64,000 nucleotides of DNA from Gloeobacterales cyanobacterium (lineage in GTDB: Bacteria > Cyanobacteriota > Cyanobacteriia > Gloeobacterales > PMM-0068): positions 128,001 through 192,000 of the forward strand of contig JBBRSB010000001.1 of assembly GCA_038245785.1 (NCBI GenBank), in the 5' to 3' direction. Position numbers and translations under genes: made by a program. Below, in pieces: positions 21,228 to 29,856 of the stretch; position 1 is the first letter of the stretch, and every line of letters starts with the position of its first letter. The notes under the pieces were generated by a model. It was not told the DNA's origin and ran no database searches. It saw only the letters and a program-made list of their open reading frames with translations.

Positions 21228-22226
21228 TCACACAGCCGTCAAGAAGGATACGCCAACAGCACCGATAAACTCTTTGGAGTCCTCAGAGGCTTGGGTTGGT
21301 GCCATGTAATCAGGGCTCATTACCCGCTCCACTCGGTATTTGTGGAAGTTCGCCAAGAGAGTACGCACAGGCAGCACTTGACCATCCCCTTCTCCATAGA
21401 GCGTTTCATGCAATGCAGGGAGTTCATACCAAGGGGCTCCTGTCTTCGTATGGTGAGCATTATGGTAGACAAAGTTCAACGTTAAGAGATTTAGCAAAGG
21501 ATAGCGTGTAGAAATTAAATTTGAATAGGTGTTTTGGTGCTCGTAATCTCGGTCACGATTTTCTATCCCTGGAGCCTCTTCATAGCCCTCAATCGCATAG
21601 GCTTCATAGGTGTGCTGATAGGCATCAATGAAGCGCATCGCATGGATGAAGATTAAGTATGAGAGTGCATATAAGAGAACTGCTTGAGGGGAAAGGAGTG
21701 CGAAAACCGATAGAAAGCCGACGCGGGTCAGAAATATAAAAATGACTTCAATTCGTCTCTCTTTTCTAATAAAGGCAGAGGCAACAACATAGGCTTTCAT
21801 GATAAATTCAACGGCTGGAACATAGGCCCACTCAAGCGCAAGTACTATTTTCCGCAAAGTGGGCTTTGTGCGTAAAAATTCTTTAAAATCAAACGTAATC
21901 ACGTCAGCACGGTCTACATGATGACGAATATGCTTATGTCTGAGGTCTTTAGATCTTGCATAGCAAGCTCCATTAAGCCAGCTTAAAAGAAGTACAAAGT
22001 TTGAATTCATCCCTCGGCGTCTAAAGATAGTTTCGTGCAGTAGTTCATGCGTAAAAAAAGCCGAATATATAAGGGTATGGGTGACTAGCAATACCCCTAA
22101 GAAGTTCCAGACAACTGATGCTTGAAGTAGCATCCATAGGCCAAAAAAATAGCCTAAGAAAGTATAGCTAAGCCCTAAGAAATTAGGCCAAAACCCGTCT
22201 GGATACCGCCAAACACTACTGGTCAT
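21228..22226 (-). CDS. Membrane fatty-acid-desaturase-family di-iron enzyme
   Basis: Three His boxes HELLH, HIRHH, HNAHH plus hydrophobic segments. Confidence 0.88.
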   Translation of the reverse strand: MTSSVWRYPDGFWPNFLGLSYTFLGYFFGLWMLLQASVVWNFLGVLLVTHTLIYSAFFTHELLHETIFRRRGMNSNFVLLLSWLNGACYARSKDLRHKHIRHHVDRADVITFDFKEFLRTKPTLRKIVLALEWAYVPAVEFIMKAYVVASAFIRKERRIEVIFIFLTRVGFLSVFALLSPQAVLLYALSYLIFIHAMRFIDAYQHTYEAYAIEGYEEAPGIENRDRDYEHQNTYSNLISTRYPLLNLLTLNFVYHNAHHTKTGAPWYELPALHETLYGEGDGQVLPVRTLLANFHKYRVERVMSPDYMAPTQASEDSKEFIGAVGVSFLTAV

Positions 22227-22384
22227 GAAACATGCCTCAGAAGCAAGAAAGAAAGAATTACTTAGCCTATTCTATGGCTTTCGCAGGTTTTTGCTCCTCC
22301 GTGCCACCATACGAATGCCTTTTTTGGACCAGACCTTCTGGGAACATAGCACTCAAGCAACAGAGCCCTAAAAGTCCATAATCT

Positions 22385-22426
22385 ACTTTATCCCAATCGA
22401 TAGATTGTTTTCGTATTCACAGCAAC
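22385..22426 (-). promoter_or_regulatory. NtcA-activated class II promoter for the desaturase-SDR-creatininase operon
   Basis: Minus strand GTT-gctgtgaa-TAC (22426-22413), exactly 22 nt, then -10 TAAAGT (22390-22385). Confidence 0.7.
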
Positions 22427-22455
22427 ATGCTGACTATGACACAGATGCAAAATAA

Positions 22456-22498
22456 GTAGCTTCCAATACAATTTAAAAACTTTCTGAATGTTACTCCT
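22456..22498 (+). promoter_or_regulatory. NtcA box upstream of the ABC substrate-binding gene
   Basis: Perfect GTA-gcttccaa-TAC (22456-22469) with A/T flanks; imperfect extended -10 TGtTACTCC 22 nt downstream. Confidence 0.65.
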
Positions 22499-22525
22499 AA
22501 TTAAAATATTTATGGTTCATTCGTA

Positions 22526-23551
22526 ATGCCTACAACAAGCCTTCCTCTGCGAGCTAGCTTTGCTATCTTCGCATTAGCTTCAAGCATTTTAATCACTCCT
22601 ATGGCTGCACATGCAGTTCCTGTGAAGGTGGGGGTCGTTACTTGGATTGGTTATGGACCTCTATACATTGCTGACAAGTTAGGCACTTTTAAAAAGTATG
22701 GCGTGGATGTAAAACTTGTTAAGTTTCAAGACCCGGCTTTAATTCCGCCAGCAATAGAAAGTAATGCCCTTGACGGAGGTACGCTGACCTATGATGAAGT
22801 GATTGGCGTTACAGCTAAAGGCTGGAAACATCCTGCCGTATTAACGCTTGATTACTCTAATGGAGCCGATGCGATTGTAGCTGATAGTTCTATCAAAAGC
22901 ATTAAAGACTTCAAAGGAAAAAAGGTCGCTTTCAATCCTTTGTCACCCTCTGATTTTCTACTTTCCTATGCTTTGCAAAAAAATAATATGACGGAGAAAG
23001 ACATAAAACCAGCCAATATGTCTCCAGAAGCAGTGCCTGCTACCCTCATCTCAGGAGCAGCTCCCATTGGTGTCACCTATGAACCAAGTGTGTCCCAACT
23101 CCTATCGGCTAAGTCCCAGCGGACTTTCAGGGTCATCTTCTCTTCTAAGGATGCTCCAGGACTGATCACCGATGTCTTATCCTTCAAGAAAGACTACATC
23201 AGCAAAAATCCAAAAGAGGTCAAAGCTATTCTTCAAGCTTATCTAGATAGTTTGGACTATATGAAAAAGAATCCTAAGGAAGCTAATGCTATCATCGGTA
23301 AGTGGATGGACCTCTCAGAGAAAGAAGTTCAATCCCAACTAACAGGGGTCTTTAATCCCAACTTAAAAGAAATGATGAGCAACTTCACCAAGAGCAATAA
23401 GATTGACTCTTTCTATCGCAGTGGTCCGCTTATTAGTGATGTTTTAATCAAGAAGAAGCAAATTACTAAGGGACCTAATATAGAAGAGACTATTGATACT
23501 CAGTTCCTAACCGAGCTGCTCAAACCTGCTCAGGTTTCTGCTAAACCGTAG
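22526..23551 (+). CDS. ABC transporter substrate-binding protein (SsuA/THI5/NMT1-like)
   Basis: Signal peptide ending AHA, VTWIGYGPLYIA, DYSNGADAIV, VTYEP, PGLITDVL. Confidence 0.88.
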   Translation: MPTTSLPLRASFAIFALASSILITPMAAHAVPVKVGVVTWIGYGPLYIADKLGTFKKYGVDVKLVKFQDPALIPPAIESNALDGGTLTYDEVIGVTAKGWKHPAVLTLDYSNGADAIVADSSIKSIKDFKGKKVAFNPLSPSDFLLSYALQKNNMTEKDIKPANMSPEAVPATLISGAAPIGVTYEPSVSQLLSAKSQRTFRVIFSSKDAPGLITDVLSFKKDYISKNPKEVKAILQAYLDSLDYMKKNPKEANAIIGKWMDLSEKEVQSQLTGVFNPNLKEMMSNFTKSNKIDSFYRSGPLISDVLIKKKQITKGPNIEETIDTQFLTELLKPAQVSAKP

Positions 23552-23606
23552 TAAGATCAAATCGTGAGTAGGAATTTTTAGTTATTGACCAATAGCCAGT
23601 AGCTCT

Positions 23607-24662
23607 CTACACTCCCAACCCCAGTTTTTCCCAGAGCGCATCTCGGCCCCCCTTTACACAATGCACCCGGCTTTCCTTCTTGAGGTGCGCCAAGACCCGA
23701 TTAATCGTCGGGCGGCTCACTGTTGGACAAGCCTTTTGGATATCCGAAATCTGGAATTGCTGGGGTAGACGAGCAATCGTGTCGGCAACCATCTCCCGTT
23801 TTGCTCCTTTCTGGGTTGTCACCACGCCAACCCGTTGCTCAAACCCGCGGTAGGCACTCAATACCACGCCCAGAAAATATTCCCACCAGGGCAACAGCTC
23901 ATGCTCTCCTTCATGCCATCTTTGAGAACATCGCTGAAGCGTTTCATCGTAACTTTCCTTCGTGCGCTCTATGATCGCTTCTAAGCTGATGTACCGCCCC
24001 ACTTCATATCCAGCTTGGTACAGCAATAACAACGACAACAGCCGCGCCATACGACCATTTCCATCTAAGAAAGGATGGACGCACAGAAAATCTAAGCTAC
24101 AGGTCGCAATCAGCAACAGGGGCTCAATCGTTCCTTCCTGCCAGTACTGATTAAAGTGCCCATGGAGTTCCTGCATCGCCTGAGGTGTGAGGTAAGCCGG
24201 AACGGGACGAAAGCGCACAACCGTTGTTCCATCGGCACGAGTTTCTCGAATATCGTTGTCAGATCCTTTCCAGACCCCGCCTTGAATCGGCAGAAACTGG
24301 GTTAAATCCCGATGGAGTTGCAGCACCAGACCAGGGGTAAAGGTCATGCCGTCATAGTTTGCATGGATGCTATTTAGCACCTCCCGATAGCCCAAGATCT
24401 CCTGCTCGGAGCGACTTTGGGGACTAACTTTATCCGCCATCAACAACTGGAGACGTTGGGGCACGGTGGCAATCCCCTCAATGCGGTTAGACGATTCCGT
24501 ACTTTGAATCACGGCAATCTGTCTCAAGCTTTCTAAAACCTGAGGCGACTGATTTTGAAACAGTGCTTGCTTCCCCTTGTACTCGCCCAACAGCCGAATG
24601 GTCTGCAAGAGCGATTGGGGAATCGGTTGACGTTCAATGACACCAGAAACAAAGGATTGCAT
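23607..24662 (-). CDS. Fic family protein (class II, N-terminal inhibitory helix) with C-terminal HTH
   Basis: HPFLDGNGRMAR catalytic loop; SNRIEG inhibitory motif; C-terminal CPTVSRPTINRVL helix-turn-helix. Confidence 0.92.
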   Translation of the reverse strand: MQSFVSGVIERQPIPQSLLQTIRLLGEYKGKQALFQNQSPQVLESLRQIAVIQSTESSNRIEGIATVPQRLQLLMADKVSPQSRSEQEILGYREVLNSIHANYDGMTFTPGLVLQLHRDLTQFLPIQGGVWKGSDNDIRETRADGTTVVRFRPVPAYLTPQAMQELHGHFNQYWQEGTIEPLLLIATCSLDFLCVHPFLDGNGRMARLLSLLLLYQAGYEVGRYISLEAIIERTKESYDETLQRCSQRWHEGEHELLPWWEYFLGVVLSAYRGFEQRVGVVTTQKGAKREMVADTIARLPQQFQISDIQKACPTVSRPTINRVLAHLKKESRVHCVKGGRDALWEKLGLGV

Positions 24663-24890
24663 AAGTCCCTAAACATGATCACATGAGTCCTAGATGATCA
24701 TGTTAACGAGATCATGATCACATTGCTCGGCATAGACCAAAAAGATTAACTTTTCTTCCCATGTAAGATAGTTTGGCCTTCTGTCCACGACTGTCACAGG
24801 CGATTGCCCCTTCGCAAAGCCTGCGTGGCCTACCCCATAGTCATTCCAGACCTGCTCCAAAAGACGAATTTATAAGAATTTCAGTATGTC
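24466..24890. repeat. Copy 1 of ~400-bp diverged direct repeat (fic 5' end plus upstream region)
   Basis: Aligns by eye with 25750-26155, e.g. shared GAGTCCTAGATGATCATGTTAACGAGATCATGATCACATTG. Confidence 0.85.
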
Positions 24891-25020
24891 TTTGATCTCG
24901 ATTTTGAGGATCCGTTACTGGATAAAGCCTAAAAGCGTCGGAGGAGTTAGACTCAGAATCAAGGCATTGCTCGGTGCCAGGAACATACACTACGATATGG
25001 CAGATGAAGAAGGAGAGAAA

Positions 25021-25257
25021 ATGCTGAATGGACTTCGGCAAAAAACAGTCGTGCAGCCCGATGGTGTAGTTACCATTCAATCATCGGAATTACCGTTAGG
25101 AGCGACAGTGGAAGTCATTGTTCTCGTAGAACCGCAGCCGTCTGAACTTCCAGAACTTAGCCTTACGAGTTTAATCGGCACGGCTAAAGGCAGCTTTGCA
25201 ACACCTGAAGAGGCAGATCGGTTTATTCGACAAGAACGGGATTCATGGGAATCCTAG
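25021..25257 (+). CDS. Putative antitoxin of VapBC-type pair
   Basis: RBS GAAGGAG; LPLGATVEVIVLVE...EEADRFIRQERDSWE; overlaps PIN gene start. Confidence 0.75.
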   Translation: MLNGLRQKTVVQPDGVVTIQSSELPLGATVEVIVLVEPQPSELPELSLTSLIGTAKGSFATPEEADRFIRQERDSWES

Positions 25258-25688
25258 ACATCATTCAGGGCAATTTGGTGTATCTGGATGTCAATATCTG
25301 GATATATGCCTTGGAGGGCTACCCTGATTTTTGGGAGGAGATAACGCTGCTCTTTCAGGCTATTGATCGAGGAAATTTGAAAGCAGTCACGAGCGAACTG
25401 TCTTTGGCAGAAGCTTTAGTCAAGCCTATGCAACTCCAGAATGAATCCCTTCAAAAAGCTTACAAGACAGCGATATCCAACCGTCAAAATGTTGCAGTCC
25501 TTCCGGTGGAGCGCGAGATTTTGATTCAAGCTGCTCAATTGCGCTCAACGAGTAAGTTAAAACTCCCCGATGCGATTCATGGAGCTACTGCACTGAAAGC
25601 TCAATGCACTTCATTTTTGACCAATGACCGAGCTTTTAAGGAAATCACTAATCTTCATACTGTGCTTTTGTCAGAGGTCATTGAATGA
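25245..25688 (+). CDS. vapC: PIN-domain (VapC-like) toxin
   Basis: VYLDVNIWIY, SELSLAEAL, LKLPDAIHGATA, FLTND acidic PIN residues. Confidence 0.9.
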   Translation: MGILDIIQGNLVYLDVNIWIYALEGYPDFWEEITLLFQAIDRGNLKAVTSELSLAEALVKPMQLQNESLQKAYKTAISNRQNVAVLPVEREILIQAAQLRSTSKLKLPDAIHGATALKAQCTSFLTNDRAFKEITNLHTVLLSEVIE

Positions 25689-25749
25689 AAAACAGATTGA
25701 TAAATTTTTGCCTAAATAGTTAGCAGATTCTAAGAAGAGCTAGACAGGA

Positions 25750-25947
25750 GTGGCAATCCCCTTAATGCAGTTAGACGATTCTGTATTTTGAATCACGGCA
25801 ATCTGTCTCAATGTTTCTAAAACCTGAGGTGACTGATTTTGAAACAGCGCTTACTTCCCCTTACGCTCGCCCAACTGCCGAATAGTCTGCAAGAGCGATT
25901 GGGGGAATCGGTTGACGTTCAATGACACCGGACACAAAAGATTGCAT
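25750..25947 (-). pseudogene. Truncated, frameshifted second copy of the fic 5' end
   Basis: Homologous to 24466-24662; G5 versus G4 run (+1 frameshift); stops after about 65 codons; its upstream region continues to ~26155. Confidence 0.85.
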
Positions 25948-26170
25948 AAGTCCCTAAACGTGATCACATGAGTCCTAGATGATCATGTTAACGAGATCAT
26001 GATCACATTGAGCGACGCTAATCAAAAAGATTAACTTTTCTTCCCATATGAGATAGCTTGGCCTTCTTATCACGGGTGACCGCCCCCTCAAAGAACCTAC
26101 AATGCTTATTCCGTAGTCACTTCAGACCCGCATCAAGAGATTGACATTTCAGTATCTACATCCCTGAGTG

Positions 26171-29100
26171 CTACTTCCCGGCATAGTTTTTGCAGGTTTG
26201 CTTTGCTTCCTTTGCCACATCAGTTTTAGGCTGAATAAGGCTGGGATTGTCGCGCAACTGATCGCAGGCGATTTGCAGTGAATGTTTCCAAGAAATATCC
26301 CAGATCCTTACCGTTCCGCCCTTGCTCCCACTTAAGATACGTTTGCCATCCGGACTGAACGCCACTGAAGTGACCAAAACATTATTATATTTGGAGAATT
26401 TGCCGATTTTGGAGGGTTGGCCGATTTTGAAAGGTTTGCCAATGGCTTCACCCGTGACGGCATTCCAAATCCTTACTGTCTTGTCGTTACTACCATTGAC
26501 AATGCGTTGGCCATCCGGACTAAATGCCACTGAAGTGACTGTATCCTCATCTTTGATGGGTTTGCCGATCGCTCCTACTGTGGCCACATTCCAAATCCTT
26601 ACTGTCTTGTCATTACTTCCACTGACAATACGTTGGCCATCGGGGCTGAACGCCACTGAATTAACATTAGCCTCATGACCGTTGAAAGGCCTGCCGATAG
26701 GTTGTCCCGTAGCCGCATCCCAAATCCTTATCGTTCCATCCCTACTACTACTTAAGATGCGTTTGCCATCGGGACTGAACGCAACTGAAGTGACTAAAAC
26801 ATCATAATATTTGGAGGGGTTAACAATTTTGGAGGGTTGGCCGAGTATGAAAGGTTTGCCAATGGCTTCACCCGTGGTCGCATTCCCAATCCTTACTGTT
26901 CCGTCATAACTAACACTTAAGATGCGTTTGCCATCGGGGTTGAACGCCACAGAAGTGATCCCATACTCATTACCTTTCAAAGGTAAAGGTTTGCCAATAG
27001 CTTCAGTCGTAGCTGCATTCCAAATCCTTACCGTTCCGCCAAGCCTGCCACTAACAATGTCTTTGCCATTAGGACTAAACGCTACTGAAGTGACTGTATC
27101 ATCCTCTTTAATCGGTTTACCCAGGGGCTTACCAGTGGCAGCTTCCCAAACCCGTATCGTTTTGTCCTCACTGCCACTGACGATGCGTTTGCCATCAGGA
27201 CTGTACGCCACTGACTTAACAACATCCGTATGCCCTTTGAGGGGTTGGCCGATGGGTTGGCCCGTAGCCGCATCCCAAATCCGTACTGTATTGTCCTTAT
27301 TAGTTCTTAAATAATCACTACTGCCACTGACGATACGTTTGCCATTAGGACTAAACGCCACTGCATTGACCGACTTCGTGTGTCCTATGAGGGCCTTGCC
27401 GATAGGTTCTCCTGTAGCCGCATCCCAAATCCTTACCGTTCCATCACGACTGCCACTGACAATGTGTTTACTATTGGGACTAAATGCAACTGAATTAACT
27501 TCAGCTTCATGGTGTAATTGATTTTGCTCCTGATTTTCCCGTATGACATCCAGTAAGCTCCCATACACAGCCTCAAATTGAGGCTGGTCAGAAAATAGAG
27601 CAAAAGCAGATTGACTCAAACCAGTTGCTGCAATTGCATTGATTTCTGCGTTTACAGGTTGGCTTGAAAGCAAAATTTCCGCATTTGTAGCCAACTGTTC
27701 AGCCCGCTGCCGCTGGGTCTGCTGCCCCTGATATGACGCAAAGGTTAATAAACCCAAAGTCAGCACAAGTCCTGTACTCAGGAATCCAAACCAAAGCTTT
27801 TGCTGTCGCCTATGCTCCCTCTCATCCTTCTCAGCTGCCTGCTTTTGGGCTTGTTCCAAATCGATAGAGGCCTTAAAAAGCTCGACTTGCAGCGGGGTCA
27901 TATCATCACCATCTCGGTCATAGTATTGCCGCAGCAAATCCAGATCGGGCGATCTCCAGAGGTTGCCCTCTGGTCGTCCATTTTTGCGCCAATAGATAGC
28001 CGATTCATCCAGTCGCCGTTGAAAGCGCAGATCGCTGCGACCGTTATCAAGCCACTTCTTCAATTGATCCCAGTTATCGAATAATGCCTCGTGGGTCACT
28101 TCAACAGTTTCTGAACTAGCATCGCCATCAGAGGCCAACGTAATTAGACGCGCACTAGGATCAGCAAACCGAGCAATCACCTGTCTGACCTCTTCAGGAC
28201 GGTCTCGATATGAAATCATTTGCTGAAGAGCTGTTCGACGACGTGTGTCTTTTGTCCCTTCTCCCAGTTGAACAAGTCCTAAAAACATCCGCCGCGCAAT
28301 ATTTTGTTCGTCAGGATTGAGATCCGAGTAGATCCGTTGTGCTTCTCCGGCCAGTGCCCCACCTACACCGCCAATTTCCGTCAGTGTCTGCGAGGGTTTC
28401 TTGCCATTTGTTAGTCCTTCCCAAATCCGTGTCAGGGCAAACTGGAGCAAGGGTAAAGCACCTTCCCGTCCTTCAGTCTGTTCAACCAGCAAGCTAACAG
28501 TAGATTCATCCAGGGCGTGTCCTGCCTGTTCCGCTGGTTTACGAATGGCGTCTCGGAGTCCATCCACACTCAGGGCAGAGACAAAAGACCCCTGCTCAGC
28601 AATCAATTGATTTAGCTGAGGATATTTCTGGGTTGCACCCAAAAAGTCGCTCCGCAGGGTAACGATCGCAGAAACCCTTTTTGCCAGGTCCTTAGATGCG
28701 CAAAGCAAATTCCCAATAAACGCATCGCGCTCAGCCTCATCTTCGCAAAGAGTATAAACCTCCTCCAATTGATCCGCCAAAACTATGAGCGGAGAGATAG
28801 CAATATCCGGCAACACATCCGCAATCCGACGTAACCCGTCATATTCGCCGTTTGCATTTTTCTTAGCCAGTTCCTCAGCAAACTCACGGGTCTTCGCCAC
28901 AGGGGTAAGGTCATTGGTCGCAATTCGTGCCAGAACTGTCGCTAGTGCTTCTAAGGGATGACTTCCAGGCACCAGCACTGCAACCTTAGGGTGCTCACGT
29001 CCAGGCAATGGTCGTCTATCTAGTTCCGGTATCAACCCTGCTCTTGCCAAGGAAGACTTTCCCGAACCCGATGGACCATAAATTGGCAATAGACGAATAG

Positions 29101-29404
29101 CAGATGGGGAATCATGCAGACTTCTGAACTTCGCCCAAAGCTCCTGGATTTGTTTCTTTCTTCCAAAAAAGCGCTCACCGTCCGTTTCTTGAAAGGCCAA
29201 CAATCCTTTGTAAGGGTTTGGACCCATTTTTTTGTCAGGTTTGACATCAGACTCTTTCGGCTCAATCGGTACATTGTTATAGATGACCGTTCCATAGACC
29301 ACCATCCCGCCGCTAAGCACCTGCCCAATGGTCTGGTTGCGATCGCCCTTCACATTCTGGTTAATCGGTGGATCTGAGTCTGGAGTAAGAGGAGAATCAG
29401 GCAT
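26171..29404 (-). CDS. NLR-like protein: N-terminal amyloid-like motif, nSTAND1 NTPase, TM helix, 9 WD40 repeats
   Basis: NPYKGLLAF...FFGR, Walker A GPSGSGKSSLARAG, Walker B ADQLEEVYT, TLRSDF, LPLLQFAL, EVTHEALF; LWFGFLSTGLVLTLGLLTFA; repeats of SVAFSPDGKRIVSGS.D.TVRIWD; ATG overlaps upstream TGA. Confidence 0.92.
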   Translation of the reverse strand: MPDSPLTPDSDPPINQNVKGDRNQTIGQVLSGGMVVYGTVIYNNVPIEPKESDVKPDKKMGPNPYKGLLAFQETDGERFFGRKKQIQELWAKFRSLHDSPSAIRLLPIYGPSGSGKSSLARAGLIPELDRRPLPGREHPKVAVLVPGSHPLEALATVLARIATNDLTPVAKTREFAEELAKKNANGEYDGLRRIADVLPDIAISPLIVLADQLEEVYTLCEDEAERDAFIGNLLCASKDLAKRVSAIVTLRSDFLGATQKYPQLNQLIAEQGSFVSALSVDGLRDAIRKPAEQAGHALDESTVSLLVEQTEGREGALPLLQFALTRIWEGLTNGKKPSQTLTEIGGVGGALAGEAQRIYSDLNPDEQNIARRMFLGLVQLGEGTKDTRRRTALQQMISYRDRPEEVRQVIARFADPSARLITLASDGDASSETVEVTHEALFDNWDQLKKWLDNGRSDLRFQRRLDESAIYWRKNGRPEGNLWRSPDLDLLRQYYDRDGDDMTPLQVELFKASIDLEQAQKQAAEKDEREHRRQQKLWFGFLSTGLVLTLGLLTFASYQGQQTQRQRAEQLATNAEILLSSQPVNAEINAIAATGLSQSAFALFSDQPQFEAVYGSLLDVIRENQEQNQLHHEAEVNSVAFSPNSKHIVSGSRDGTVRIWDAATGEPIGKALIGHTKSVNAVAFSPNGKRIVSGSSDYLRTNKDNTVRIWDAATGQPIGQPLKGHTDVVKSVAYSPDGKRIVSGSEDKTIRVWEAATGKPLGKPIKEDDTVTSVAFSPNGKDIVSGRLGGTVRIWNAATTEAIGKPLPLKGNEYGITSVAFNPDGKRILSVSYDGTVRIGNATTGEAIGKPFILGQPSKIVNPSKYYDVLVTSVAFSPDGKRILSSSRDGTIRIWDAATGQPIGRPFNGHEANVNSVAFSPDGQRIVSGSNDKTVRIWNVATVGAIGKPIKDEDTVTSVAFSPDGQRIVNGSNDKTVRIWNAVTGEAIGKPFKIGQPSKIGKFSKYNNVLVTSVAFSPDGKRILSGSKGGTVRIWDISWKHSLQIACDQLRDNPSLIQPKTDVAKEAKQTCKNYAGK

Positions 29405-29856
29405 CAAGACAACTCATTCGTCACATTCCCCTGAACAGTGCCATATACTACTTGACCACCCTTCATCTGCCCAATTACCTGATTTTGATTCCCGGTGACA
29501 GTTTGGACAACTTGGAGTCCAGGAGTGCCATCAGGAGCGTTTTCTTGGAGAATTCGAGCGATCTCTTTGGTCAGTTCTTTATCCTGCTCTAATATTTTTT
29601 GTAATTGTCGTTTGAGGGCAATTCTCGACTCTTCATCCTCTGGATTATTCGCCACATCCGCAGCGGCTTCTTTTGCCGCTTCCTTGGTCTCCACCTTAGG
29701 ACTTAACTTCTCCCAAACCGCCTGTGCCTTACCCCAAGCCGCCTCGCCAAACTTCCCCGAAGCAGATTCAGTCGCTTTCTCCACCGCCTTTCCACCTAAT
29801 TTCAACAGAAAGGGTAAGAACGGGCTGATGAACCCTGTCAAAACGGCGATTTCCAT
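29404..29856 (-). CDS. Bell-like helical effector with C-terminal amyloid signalling motif
   Basis: Hydrophobic N-terminal helix (LTGFISPFLPFLLKLGGKA), helical bundle, tail VVQTVTGNQNQVIGQMKGGQVVYGTVQGNV matching the NLR N-terminus. Confidence 0.8.
   Translation of the reverse strand: MEIAVLTGFISPFLPFLLKLGGKAVEKATESASGKFGEAAWGKAQAVWEKLSPKVETKEAAKEAAADVANNPEDEESRIALKRQLQKILEQDKELTKEIARILQENAPDGTPGLQVVQTVTGNQNQVIGQMKGGQVVYGTVQGNVTNELS

Noticed and set aside
24886..25020. N-terminal extension of the antitoxin ORF (123 aa)
   Set aside because: The RBS and family-like sequence begin at ATG 25021.
26300..27500. WD40 DNA repeats as a CRISPR array or DGR template/variable pair
   Set aside because: Repeats are in-frame coding units without unique spacers; differences are not adenine-specific and no reverse transcriptase is present.
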